Below are positions 8,712 through 16,905 of a DNA stretch of 33,081 bases, piece after piece. Every line of letters starts with the position of its first letter. The first letter of the stretch is position 1. The position numbers and the translations under genes were made by a program. The notes under the pieces were generated by a model that saw nothing but the letters and a program-made list of their open reading frames with translations, ran no database searches and had not been told where the DNA came from. Source of the stretch: Chthoniobacterales bacterium (GTDB taxonomy: Bacteria; Verrucomicrobiota; Verrucomicrobiia; Chthoniobacterales; UBA10450); contig JBDUAH010000001.1 of NCBI GenBank assembly GCA_040004745.1, forward strand, positions 1-33,081, in the 5' to 3' direction.

Positions 8712-11700
8712 ATGTCCAAACCACTATTGTCGGTGTTGGTTTCGCCTCTCGCCTCGCTCGCCGTTTCGGCGGGCGTCTTTTTTGTCGTCATCCCGGCTGC
8801 GTCCGCGCAGGAAGCTGTTTCCTCGCCGCGTCCCGCGGTCAATGCCACTGCGAATGAGCAAGCCACGGCGCCCCCCCGTGACGCAAACGGAAACCTGTTG
8901 CCGACCGCGCCTGCGGTCGCCACGACCGAGCGCGTCTTCGTGACTGGTTCCGCCATTCCGACCGCTGCGGAAGTCGGCCCGAATCCGGTCATTAACGCTA
9001 CCCGCGATCTAATCAACAAATCCGGCGAACGAAACACGGAGGAGCTGCTGCGCAATCTACCGATCGCGAATGCAAACGGCATTCCCGTATCCAACAACGA
9101 AAACGGATCGAATACCGCGGTCGGCGCGGCCACCGTCGCGCTCCGCGGCTTCGATGCGCGCGCCACCCTCATCCTTCTCGATGGCCGCCGTGTCGCCCCT
9201 TATCCGACGAGCAACTCCGGCATCGTCTTTGTGGATTTGAACTCCATCCCCCAGGCCTCGATCGAGTCGATCGAAATCTTGAAAGATGGCGCTTCCACTG
9301 CCTACGGCGCGGATGCCGTCGCCGGCGTGGTCAACATCAAACGCTATCACGAATATCGCGGCGTCCAGTCGGTGGTCGAGTACGGCAACACCACCGAGAA
9401 AGACTCCGGCGCTTTCCAGGCCTCGCTCCTCTTCGGCATCGGCAACGGCACTACCAATGTCGCCGGGTCGGTGAATTTTTATCACCGCAACTCCATTTTT
9501 AACCGCGACCGCAGTTACTCCGCCGTGCCGCCCTTCCTGAGCAGCAATGCGAGCCCTTACAATCTGCAGTTGACCAACGCCGCCGTGGCCGAGGCCGGCG
9601 GGACGGTCATCCCGACCGCCAGCGGGAATCAGTTTGCGGGCGCGCCCAGTGGGAGCAACGGCCTCTCTCCCGCCAGCGCGTATCTCTACGACACGCGGCG
9701 CATCCGCGCCTTCGGCGGGATTTTGCCGGGCTATAATTTCAACGAGTTCTCGCTCTCGTTTCCCGACACCGAGCGTTACGGCGCGTACGTGAGCTTCGAT
9801 CACAAAATCTTCGGCGATCAACTCGTGATCTACGGCGACGCCATGTACCAAAACGTCCAGACCCATAACGAGCTGGCGCCGCCGGCGACCGGAAATTTCC
9901 AGACGAACGGGCAGATCACCATCGCCATACCCGCGCGCGTAGCCAATGCCGCGGGCACGACTCCCTTTGGCGGCCCCACTTACGCCGAGACCGGCCTCTC
10001 GCCCGGCGCTTTCAATCCGTTTAACCCTTTCAATCAAATCATCTCCGGCGGTTCCCGGGCACGCCTGGCGGAATTCGGTAACCGGCTTTTCGATGACGAA
10101 ACGGACGTCTTCCTCAGCACGGTAGGCCTTCGCGGCGATAAGCTCTTTAACAGCAGTTGGGGTTACGATACCGGTTTTCGTTACAGCGAAGCCAAAACTA
10201 CCACCACCGGGACACAGGTTTCGTCCTCGCTCTTTAATCGCATCCTGAATCAGGCGGATCCGATTTTTAATCCCGCCTCGCCGCAATACATCGGCACCAC
10301 CGTTGCGTTTAATCCGTTTGGCGACTTCCGCACCCCGAACCCCAGTAACCAGGCCTCGATCGAGTTCGCCCGCGTGCATCCCAAAGACTCCAACACCTCC
10401 AAGCTCGCCACGCTCGACGCGACCGTTTACACCACCGAACTCTTTAACCTCCCGGCAGGTGGCATCGGCCTCGCCCTCGGCACGCAGTTCCGCCGGGAAT
10501 CGCTCAGGGAAGATCCTGATCGGCTTAACGTCATCGGCGACATTGCCGGCAATTCCGCCAAGGCCGGCGCGCGAGGCGGACGGAAGTCCTACGCATTTTT
10601 TGGCGAAACCTCGGTGCCGATCTTTAGTTCACTGAACGCGATTTCCGGTTTCCACGCGCTCGATTTCACCGCCGCGCTGCGTTTCGAGGAATTCCTCAAT
10701 AACAACACCAACGTCCTGGTGCCAAAATTCGGAGTGCGCTGGCAGCCGCTGGACGAGACCCTCACGCTGCGCGCGACCTGGGGCAAAGGCTTCCGCGAAC
10801 CTTCCCTCGAAGAATTATACGCCGCGCCGCGTTCGGATATCCAAGGCTCGCACGATCCCATGAATGGAGGCGCCTTTGAGCCGGAGACGCAGACCCTGAT
10901 CCAAAGCAGCGCCAACCTCCAGCCGGAGGACTCGCAAACCTTCAGCGCGGGTTTCGTCTACTCGCCGAAAGTGGTGTCAGGTCTGACTGTCTCGAGCGAT
11001 GTCTGGCAGATCGAACGCACGGGCGTTGTCCAATCAGCATTTCTCGATGCCGTCCTGGCGCGGGAGCTTGCCGGCAACCTTCTCCCCGGCGAGCGCGTCG
11101 AACGTCTCCCGGACGGCACCATTTCCCGCATCGTGGTTTCGAATCGGAACGAAGCCGCCCAAACAGCCAACGGCATCGATTTCGGCATCCAATACGTGAA
11201 GGACACTTCCATCGGGACCTTCACTTCGCTGACGCAGGTTTCCTATTTGAATTCTTTCGAAGTCCAGCGGGTCGAGAACGGGCCCACAGCGCAGCTCGCC
11301 GGCCAGTCGACTAATCTGGCCGCCTCGAATGAAGGCTACTACCGCTGGCGCGGCGATACCCGGCTCGATTGGACCTGGCACGGCTTCGATCTTGTCGCCA
11401 CCGCCCGCTTCATCGACGGCTTCCATGAGGAAGACGCCAACCTCAGCGGGCATGACGTCGCGCATCGTTGGCTATTTGATTTGCAGGCGAGCTACGATTT
11501 CAGCGGCCTCGCCCAACGCTCCGCCGCCGCCGCGGATTACTCGAAAGGCAGCAAAGAAATCTCCGGCACCACCGCCGAAATGCCCCCGTCCGGCATCTGG
11601 GGTGTTCTGCTCGATGGCAGCCGGGTCACCGTCGGTTGCACTAATCTTTTTGACAAAGATCCGCCCGACGCTTCCGGCCAGGGCGGCAACGCGGTCGGTT

Positions 11701-11765
11701 ATCCCGGTTTCACCTACGATTCCACGGGACGCTTCGTCTACATCCGGTTGACGAAGAAATTCTAG
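8712..11765 (+). CDS. TonB-dependent outer-membrane receptor
   Basis: 1017 aa with a signal peptide ending AASAQE. Plug-domain motifs are present (ERVFVTGS, VALRGF, LILLDGRRV, IESIEILKDGASTAYGADAVAGVVNI). The C-terminus ends in an aromatic residue (YIRLTKKF). Confidence 0.85.
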   Translation: MSKPLLSVLVSPLASLAVSAGVFFVVIPAASAQEAVSSPRPAVNATANEQATAPPRDANGNLLPTAPAVATTERVFVTGSAIPTAAEVGPNPVINATRDLINKSGERNTEELLRNLPIANANGIPVSNNENGSNTAVGAATVALRGFDARATLILLDGRRVAPYPTSNSGIVFVDLNSIPQASIESIEILKDGASTAYGADAVAGVVNIKRYHEYRGVQSVVEYGNTTEKDSGAFQASLLFGIGNGTTNVAGSVNFYHRNSIFNRDRSYSAVPPFLSSNASPYNLQLTNAAVAEAGGTVIPTASGNQFAGAPSGSNGLSPASAYLYDTRRIRAFGGILPGYNFNEFSLSFPDTERYGAYVSFDHKIFGDQLVIYGDAMYQNVQTHNELAPPATGNFQTNGQITIAIPARVANAAGTTPFGGPTYAETGLSPGAFNPFNPFNQIISGGSRARLAEFGNRLFDDETDVFLSTVGLRGDKLFNSSWGYDTGFRYSEAKTTTTGTQVSSSLFNRILNQADPIFNPASPQYIGTTVAFNPFGDFRTPNPSNQASIEFARVHPKDSNTSKLATLDATVYTTELFNLPAGGIGLALGTQFRRESLREDPDRLNVIGDIAGNSAKAGARGGRKSYAFFGETSVPIFSSLNAISGFHALDFTAALRFEEFLNNNTNVLVPKFGVRWQPLDETLTLRATWGKGFREPSLEELYAAPRSDIQGSHDPMNGGAFEPETQTLIQSSANLQPEDSQTFSAGFVYSPKVVSGLTVSSDVWQIERTGVVQSAFLDAVLARELAGNLLPGERVERLPDGTISRIVVSNRNEAAQTANGIDFGIQYVKDTSIGTFTSLTQVSYLNSFEVQRVENGPTAQLAGQSTNLAASNEGYYRWRGDTRLDWTWHGFDLVATARFIDGFHEEDANLSGHDVAHRWLFDLQASYDFSGLAQRSAAAADYSKGSKEISGTTAEMPPSGIWGVLLDGSRVTVGCTNLFDKDPPDASGQGGNAVGYPGFTYDSTGRFVYIRLTKKF

Positions 11766-11823
11766 CCGCGCGCTCCGCCGGGAAAACGCCGCCGACGAAG
11801 GACCGGCCGCAGGCCATGGAAAA

Positions 11824-11896
11824 TGGAGGTATGGGGATTCGAACCCCAGGCCTCGTCATTGCGAACGACGCGCTCTACCAACTGAGCTATACCCCC
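11824..11896 (-). tRNA. tRNA-Ala (anticodon CGC)
   Basis: The reverse complement GGGGGTATAGCTCAGTTGGTAGAGCGCGTCGTTCGCAATGACGAGGCCTGGGGTTCGAATCCCCATACCTCCA folds as a 73-nt cloverleaf. Anticodon loop is TTCGCAA, giving CGC. The G3:U70 alanine identity pair is present. CCA is not encoded. Confidence 0.92.
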
Positions 11897-11910
11897 GAAA
11901 CTGCGGGCAC

Positions 11911-11938
11911 AGAGTAGCCGCATCGCGCCGCATTTCAA
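11911..11938 (-). promoter_or_regulatory. possible sigma70-type promoter for tRNA-Ala
   Basis: On the minus strand: TTGAAA (11938-11933), 16 nt, TACTCT (11916-11911). This lies 14 nt upstream of tRNA position 1. The match is by eye only. Confidence 0.3.
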
Positions 11939-12107
11939 GACGCGAGCGGCCAAACTTTCACACATCCGCGCGAACGCGACGACGCAATCCGCGGAGACGA
12001 CTGGCAGCGGTCGCGAAAGTAATTTGTAGGGCGTTTCTGTGAAGCGCCTGCCTCGCGTCTGCCCAATGAGAGGCTTCAGATTCGGCGCGACGACTCTCCG
12101 ACCTCTT

Positions 12108-12590
12108 TTAGTAAGTGACCTTCTTCGGCAACGCCTTGGCCGCTGCAATCCAATCACCGATCTGCTTTTCCGTCGGAACTTTGCCGGTGAGTTTTTTCGC
12201 GTCATTCACTTCTTTGACTTTCCCGGCCAGGTTCGCCGGATTCCGCTGCGCGAGTTCGGCGACCGTGTTGACGCCAGCCGCTTCCAGTAATTCCGCATTC
12301 TGACCCGCGATTCCCTTGATGCGGAAAAGATCCGCATAGTTAACGAATTTCAGAATCTTCGCAGCGGGCAACCCGCTCTTTGCGGCCAATTCCTCACGTC
12401 CTTTTGGCGTCGCGCCTTTTTCCAGCAACTCGTCCACACTCGTCACTCCGGCCGTGTTTAGCTTCGCCTCGGTCGCGGCAGCAATGCCTTGAATTGAAGT
12501 GAGTTTTCCTTTCGCAACTTTCGGCTTTTCGGCCGCCTGGAGACTAAGAGTGAAGACACCGACGAGCAAAACCAAGAGAAGGGATTTCAT
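12108..12590 (-). CDS. secreted helix-hairpin-helix repeat protein (DUF4332-like)
   Basis: 160 aa with a signal peptide (MKSLLLVLLVGVFTLSLQAA). Two HhH-like repeats are present (IQGIAAATEAKLNTAGVTSVDELL and IKGIAGQNAELLEAAGVNTVAELA). Confidence 0.6.
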   Translation of the reverse strand: MKSLLLVLLVGVFTLSLQAAEKPKVAKGKLTSIQGIAAATEAKLNTAGVTSVDELLEKGATPKGREELAAKSGLPAAKILKFVNYADLFRIKGIAGQNAELLEAAGVNTVAELAQRNPANLAGKVKEVNDAKKLTGKVPTEKQIGDWIAAAKALPKKVTY

Positions 12591-12823
12591 ATTGCAAACA
12601 CTACGACCGCGAGATGTCGGACGCGAGCTAAACCGGAGGCATTCGGACCTAGAACCACGAGAACCCGGAAAACGCCCCAGCCCGGTTCCCTCGCGTCAAG
12701 CCTAACATCAAACAGTATTGCTTTTTTTTGGCGTAATCTTTATTAGGAATTGAAGAAAACTAAGTACGGCCCGTCGTACTAGACGAGCCAGAGAAAAAAC
12801 CAACCAAACCCCACGAAGAATAT

Positions 12824-13321
12824 ATGAAATACAAATCGCACCTAATTACCGGTTTTTGCGTCGCTGCCGTAGCTTTCTGCGGCACCGTTAATGCCGCCGA
12901 GAAGAAATCACCCGCACCGAAAGCTGCGGCCATGGAAAAAAAAGAAGCCGCCGAGCCTATGGCCAAGAAGGCCCGCGCAGTTCCCTTCCGGGGCAAAGCG
13001 AGCGCGATCGACAAAAAGGAAAAGACCTTTTCCATTGTCGGCAAAACCAACACGCGCGTCTTCAAGGTGATGGACAAGACCACGATCACGAAAATGGGTA
13101 GCCCCGCCACCTTTGACGGGCTGACTGAGGACGAAGACGTGACCGGTTCCTATTTGAAACAAGAGGACGGCTCGCTGGAAGTCAAGAGCCTGAAGATCGG
13201 TGGCAAGACCGAGGCTGAGAAAGCGGCCGCCTCCGCGAGCAAGACAAAGCGCGACGCGAAAAAAGCTGCGGCAGCGCCTGCCGCAGATGCCGAAGCTACG
13301 CCGGCACCGAAGAAGAAATAG
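12824..13321 (+). CDS. secreted Lys/Ala-rich hypothetical protein
   Basis: 165 aa with a signal peptide (...VAAVAFCGTVNAAE), a small beta-rich core, and a low-complexity K/A/P tail. It is followed directly by a strong intrinsic terminator. Confidence 0.6.
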   Translation: MKYKSHLITGFCVAAVAFCGTVNAAEKKSPAPKAAAMEKKEAAEPMAKKARAVPFRGKASAIDKKEKTFSIVGKTNTRVFKVMDKTTITKMGSPATFDGLTEDEDVTGSYLKQEDGSLEVKSLKIGGKTEAEKAAASASKTKRDAKKAAAAPAADAEATPAPKKK

Positions 13322-13344
13322 TTCGAGCCAGTTCGGAACTGACA

Positions 13345-13378
13345 AGCCTGCGGTGGAGAAATCCGCCGCAGGCTTTTT
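13345..13378 (+). terminator. rho-independent terminator, possibly bidirectional, between convergent genes
   Basis: 12-bp stem: AGCCTGCGGTGG (13345-13356) pairs with CCGCCGCAGGCT (13363-13374). Loop is AGAAAT, followed by TTTTT (13374-13378). Confidence 0.8.
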
Positions 13379-13395
13379 CCGTCTTGCAGTGTCGC

Positions 13396-14817
13396 TTAAG
13401 TGTCTGCTGCCGCCTTCGCCGCCAGCAAATCTTCGACAAAGAGCGCGTATTCCCGCGCCCGAGTGTCTTCATCCGGTTGCCGCAAGAGCGACGATGGATG
13501 CACCGTGGCCAGGACACGCGGTGCAAGCTCCGAAGATAGGACGACCCCGCGTTCTTTTGTGACCCGGAAAGACGAACCGAAAATCGCCTGCGCGGCAGTC
13601 GAACCCAGACAAACAAGAAGCTTCGGTTTCAGGATCCGGAGCTCAGCTTCCAGCCACGGACGGCAGGCGGCGATTTCTCGCGAGTTCGGTTTTTGGTGAA
13701 TGCGCCGCTTCCCGCGCGGTTCCCATTTAAAATGCTTCACCGTGTTGGTGACGTAAACCTGTTCACGATCGATTCCCGTTTCCTTGAGGGCACGATCAAG
13801 AAGTTTGCCCGCCGGGCCCACGAACGGTTTCCCAGCCAGGTCTTCCTGATCCCCCGGCTGTTCACCGAGGAACATGATCGTCGCCCGTTTCGGGCCTTCG
13901 CCGAAAACCGTCTGCGTGCCACGCTGGTAAAGCGGACACGCAGTGCATGCTCGCGCCGCTGCCGCGATTTTATCCAGGCTCTGTGTGTCCGGCACCTGTG
14001 CGGGACGTGATTCCGCGTTGTCGGCTATTTTGTTCGCGCTCTTTTTGACCATGGCTTCCACCCTGCTGGGCGCCGCCCGCAGGAGGGAAGGAATCAGCAC
14101 CGCCTCCGGCAGGTTACGCCAATATTTCTTCGGCATCTCCGCCTGCATCGCGTGAACCTTCACGCGCGCGGGATTGAAAATATTCGCGTAGTACGTCAGC
14201 CAGAGGGACTCGGCTTCGTCTTCCGTAGGTGCTTGGGACCTGGTCACTCCAGCGGTGAAGGTCAACGCGTTTCCATCCCAATGCGCGCACCGTTCCGGCG
14301 TGAGGATCGACCAACACATGGACGCGAAACGGTCGACAAAGAACCGCGCGTTATGCTCAACAATGTGATGCGCCGGTTCGAACCAAGCGATGAAACACTT
14401 CGCATCCCCATGCTGCACTTCGCGGAAGCGCACGAAGGCGCGCATTTTGTGGATATCGTGGCGGACGGATTTCTGCAGGTCGAAAGCGCGCGCTACATCC
14501 GGGTCGACTGCGACTTCGAGCAATTTCGACTCGCCGTGCGTGAGCCGCCAGACCAGCCGGTAAAGCAGCGCCCAACGTCCATTGTCTGTATGCAGCGCGA
14601 CCAAGCGGGCGAGCGCGAGGAAGGTTTTGGGGACGTGAAAACGCGGCGGCTCCGATTTCGAAACATCCGGCAACGGTTCGTCGAAAATGTCGAGGGCTGG
14701 CTGGTCGGCGGATAGCTCCTGCCAGACGACCTCATTAGGCGCCAGGCTCCGATGCAAGGCGGAACGCGCCGCCCGTTGCCAATCTTCCAACGCGGGATGA
14801 AACGTTATTTGTTCCAC
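13396..14817 (-). CDS. udgX: DUF4130 (TIGR03915-like) domain fused to a UdgX-type family-4 uracil-DNA glycosylase/uracil-DNA-binding domain
   Basis: 473 aa. The C-terminal half has family-4 UDG motifs: GEGPKRATIMFLGEQPGDQEDLAGKPFVGPAG, the UdgX-specific loop GKRRIHQKP, and VHPSSLLR. The N-terminal half has HKMRAFVRFREV and WFEPAHHIVEHNARFFVDRF, typical of the DUF4130 'probable DNA metabolism protein'. It starts 3 bp after the radical SAM gene ends. Confidence 0.85.
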   Translation of the reverse strand: MEQITFHPALEDWQRAARSALHRSLAPNEVVWQELSADQPALDIFDEPLPDVSKSEPPRFHVPKTFLALARLVALHTDNGRWALLYRLVWRLTHGESKLLEVAVDPDVARAFDLQKSVRHDIHKMRAFVRFREVQHGDAKCFIAWFEPAHHIVEHNARFFVDRFASMCWSILTPERCAHWDGNALTFTAGVTRSQAPTEDEAESLWLTYYANIFNPARVKVHAMQAEMPKKYWRNLPEAVLIPSLLRAAPSRVEAMVKKSANKIADNAESRPAQVPDTQSLDKIAAAARACTACPLYQRGTQTVFGEGPKRATIMFLGEQPGDQEDLAGKPFVGPAGKLLDRALKETGIDREQVYVTNTVKHFKWEPRGKRRIHQKPNSREIAACRPWLEAELRILKPKLLVCLGSTAAQAIFGSSFRVTKERGVVLSSELAPRVLATVHPSSLLRQPDEDTRAREYALFVEDLLAAKAAADT

Positions 14818-14820
14818 CGC

Positions 14821-16080
14821 CTACAGCTGACCGGTCAACACGGAAGGCTCCGGCGCGAACAAATCGAGTTGCTGATCAGGCGCGGTGAAGCGTCGGCTGA
14901 AATCATCACGATCGAGTGCGAGCGCGGCGGAGTTGTAATCCGCTGTCACCACAAACGGCAGCACCTTTTTCACCGAAACATGCAACCGCGGGAGATCATC
15001 CAGACGCACCTTGTGCCACCGACGGACGCGCAGAATTTTATCGACTGATTTCGTTCCCAAGCCGGGCACGCGCAAAAGCATTTCGCGCGCGGCCTTGTTC
15101 AAATCGACTGGGAACAAATGTCGATGACGCAAGGCCCACGCAAGCTTCGGGTCGATCGCGAGATCGAGGTTTGGCGCGGCTTCAGTGGTCAGTTCCTGCG
15201 CCTTGAAACCGTAGAATCGCACCAGCCAGTCGGCCTGGTAAAGTCGATGCTCGCGCACGAGCGGCGGCGCGATCAACGGCAGCTTGCTCGAAGCATCGGG
15301 AATCGGACTAAAGGCGGAATAATAAACGCGCCGCAGTTTCTGATTCGCGTAGAGCGAAGTCGCCTGGTGCAGAATCGTCGCGTCTGGCGTGTCTGTTGCG
15401 CCGACAATCATCTGCGTGCTCTGACCCGCCGGTGCAAAGGTCGGCGCTTTCCGGCTTTCGCGCCGCGCCGCTTTCGCCTGCGTAATGCGATCGCGAATGC
15501 CGCTCATGGCCGCCTTCGTATTTGCGAAATTCTTTTGCGGGGCCAGTTCTTCGAGCGCGACCTCCGTCGGCAATTCGATGTTGATGCTGATGCGATCCGC
15601 CCAGCGACCGGCTTCTTCGATCAAGGCCGGCGCAGCCTCCGGGATTGTTTTCAAATGAATGTAACCGCGAAACTGATGCTCGGTGCGAAGCGTCCGCGCG
15701 ACCGCCACAACTTGCTCCATCGTGTAGTCGGGATTGCGAATGATTCCGGAACTCAAAAACAGTCCTTCGATGTAATTACGTCGGTAAAAATCGAGCGTCA
15801 GTTGCACCACTTCTTCCGGGGTGAAGCGCGCCCGTTGGACATCGCTGGAAACGCGATTGATGCAGTAGAGGCAATCATAGATGCAATAGTTCGTGAGCAG
15901 GATTTTGAGCAGCGAGACACAGCGCCCATCCGGCGTGTAGCTGTGGCAAATCCCGGAGCCCGTGGTGGAACCCAACCCGCCCGACGTGCGCGAGTTTCGC
16001 TTCGTCGTCCCGCTGCTCGCGCACGACGCGTCGTACTTGGCCGCGTCGGCGAGAATGGCGAGTTTGCGATCGAGTTCCAT
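14821..16080 (-). CDS. putative DNA modification/repair radical SAM protein (TIGR03916-like)
   Basis: 419 aa. The N-terminus is LAILADAAKYDASCASSG...GICHSYTPDGRCVSLLKILLTNYCIYDCLYCINR, which contains the CX3CX2C radical-SAM motif. A C-terminal HhH-like region is present (LLRVPGLGTKSVDKIL). GGAGA sits 5 nt upstream of the ATG. Confidence 0.85.
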   Translation of the reverse strand: MELDRKLAILADAAKYDASCASSGTTKRNSRTSGGLGSTTGSGICHSYTPDGRCVSLLKILLTNYCIYDCLYCINRVSSDVQRARFTPEEVVQLTLDFYRRNYIEGLFLSSGIIRNPDYTMEQVVAVARTLRTEHQFRGYIHLKTIPEAAPALIEEAGRWADRISINIELPTEVALEELAPQKNFANTKAAMSGIRDRITQAKAARRESRKAPTFAPAGQSTQMIVGATDTPDATILHQATSLYANQKLRRVYYSAFSPIPDASSKLPLIAPPLVREHRLYQADWLVRFYGFKAQELTTEAAPNLDLAIDPKLAWALRHRHLFPVDLNKAAREMLLRVPGLGTKSVDKILRVRRWHKVRLDDLPRLHVSVKKVLPFVVTADYNSAALALDRDDFSRRFTAPDQQLDLFAPEPSVLTGQL

Positions 16081-16137
16081 TTGTTCTCCGATAGGACGCG
16101 GCTTGCGCTGACCTCGGATGCAGAAAAGTAGCGCGGC

Positions 16138-16905
16138 CTACCGGTGCCTGCGCAAAAATTCATCCGCCAAAGCGCGATAAGCAATCGCCCCACTTCCATT
16201 CGGCGCGTAATCGAAGATCGATTTCCCGAAGCTCGGCGCTTCACTCAAACGCACGGTGCGCGGGATCACCGTCTCATACGTTTGTTCGGCGAAATGCTCG
16301 CGCACTTCCGAGACCACCTGCGCGCTCAAGTTCGTTCGGCGATCGAACATCGTCATGACAATGCCCGCGATCCGCACGTGATCGTTCACGCCGGAGTTTC
16401 GAATTTGTTCCACCACGCGCACAATCTTGACCAAACCTTCGAGGGCAAAAAATTCGCACTGAATCGGCGTGAGCAATTCATCGGCGGCGGCCAGCGCGTT
16501 GGTCATCAGGATGCCGAGCGAGGGCGGGCAATCGAGCAACACGAAATCGAAAGTCGCATCAGCGCGCAATGGCACCAGCGTCTCGCGGAGCCGCGTGAGA
16601 TGATTATCCATCCGCGCGATTTCGATTTCCGCGCCGGCGAGATCGAGATCAGCGGGAATGATGAACATTCCGTCCAAACGCGTCGGCAAAATTTTGTCGG
16701 TGACGGAGACATCGCCGATCAGCGACTCGTAGAGGCTCTCGCCTTCCAATTCGCTGAGCCCGAAGGAACTAGTGGCGTTGCCCTGAGGGTCGAGATCGAT
16801 CAAGAGCACGCGCTGACCCAGGTCCGCGAGCGCGCAACCAAGATTGACGGCGGTGGTCGTCTTGCCGACGCCGCCTTTCTGATTTGCGATCGCGATGACT
16901 TTCAT
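16138..16905 (-). CDS. parA: ParA/Soj-family ATPase, orphan (no parB adjacent)
   Basis: MKVIAIANQKGGVGKTTTAVNL carries the deviant Walker A motif KGGxxGKT. LLIDLDPQGNAT and FVLLDCPPSLG are also present. I place the start at the internal ATG 16905, which forms an ATGA overlap with the stop of the upstream gene (16902-16904). The tracked ORF runs on to 16968. Confidence 0.9.
   Translation of the reverse strand: MKVIAIANQKGGVGKTTTAVNLGCALADLGQRVLLIDLDPQGNATSSFGLSELEGESLYESLIGDVSVTDKILPTRLDGMFIIPADLDLAGAEIEIARMDNHLTRLRETLVPLRADATFDFVLLDCPPSLGILMTNALAAADELLTPIQCEFFALEGLVKIVRVVEQIRNSGVNDHVRIAGIVMTMFDRRTNLSAQVVSEVREHFAEQTYETVIPRTVRLSEAPSFGKSIFDYAPNGSGAIAYRALADEFLRRHR

Noticed and set aside
9057-10379. 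Long antisense ORFs lying opposite well-supported genes. These are 9057..10379, 15118..16131, 16144..16974, 25294..26118, 26860..27609, 5728..6522, 3588..4400, 2920..3591, 4597..5379, 14152..14715 and 19408..19860.
   Set aside because: Each lies fully inside a gene whose product carries clear family motifs on the other strand. Their translations are Arg/Gly/Ala-rich and low in complexity, with no recognisable motifs. Long open antisense frames are expected in ~60% GC DNA. The 16144..16974 ORF mirrors ParA almost exactly, but I see no protein-like features in it.
11766-12107. I checked whether tRNA-Ala marks an integration site or genomic island (integrase, direct repeat of the tRNA 3' end).
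   Set aside because: No integrase or recombinase gene is present, and I saw no duplicated tRNA 3' segment in the window. Flanking genes have the same composition as the rest.
11762-12205. 147-aa ORF on the minus strand spanning the tRNA region.
   Set aside because: It reads straight through the tRNA-Ala gene and its promoter region. The translation is Arg-rich nonsense.
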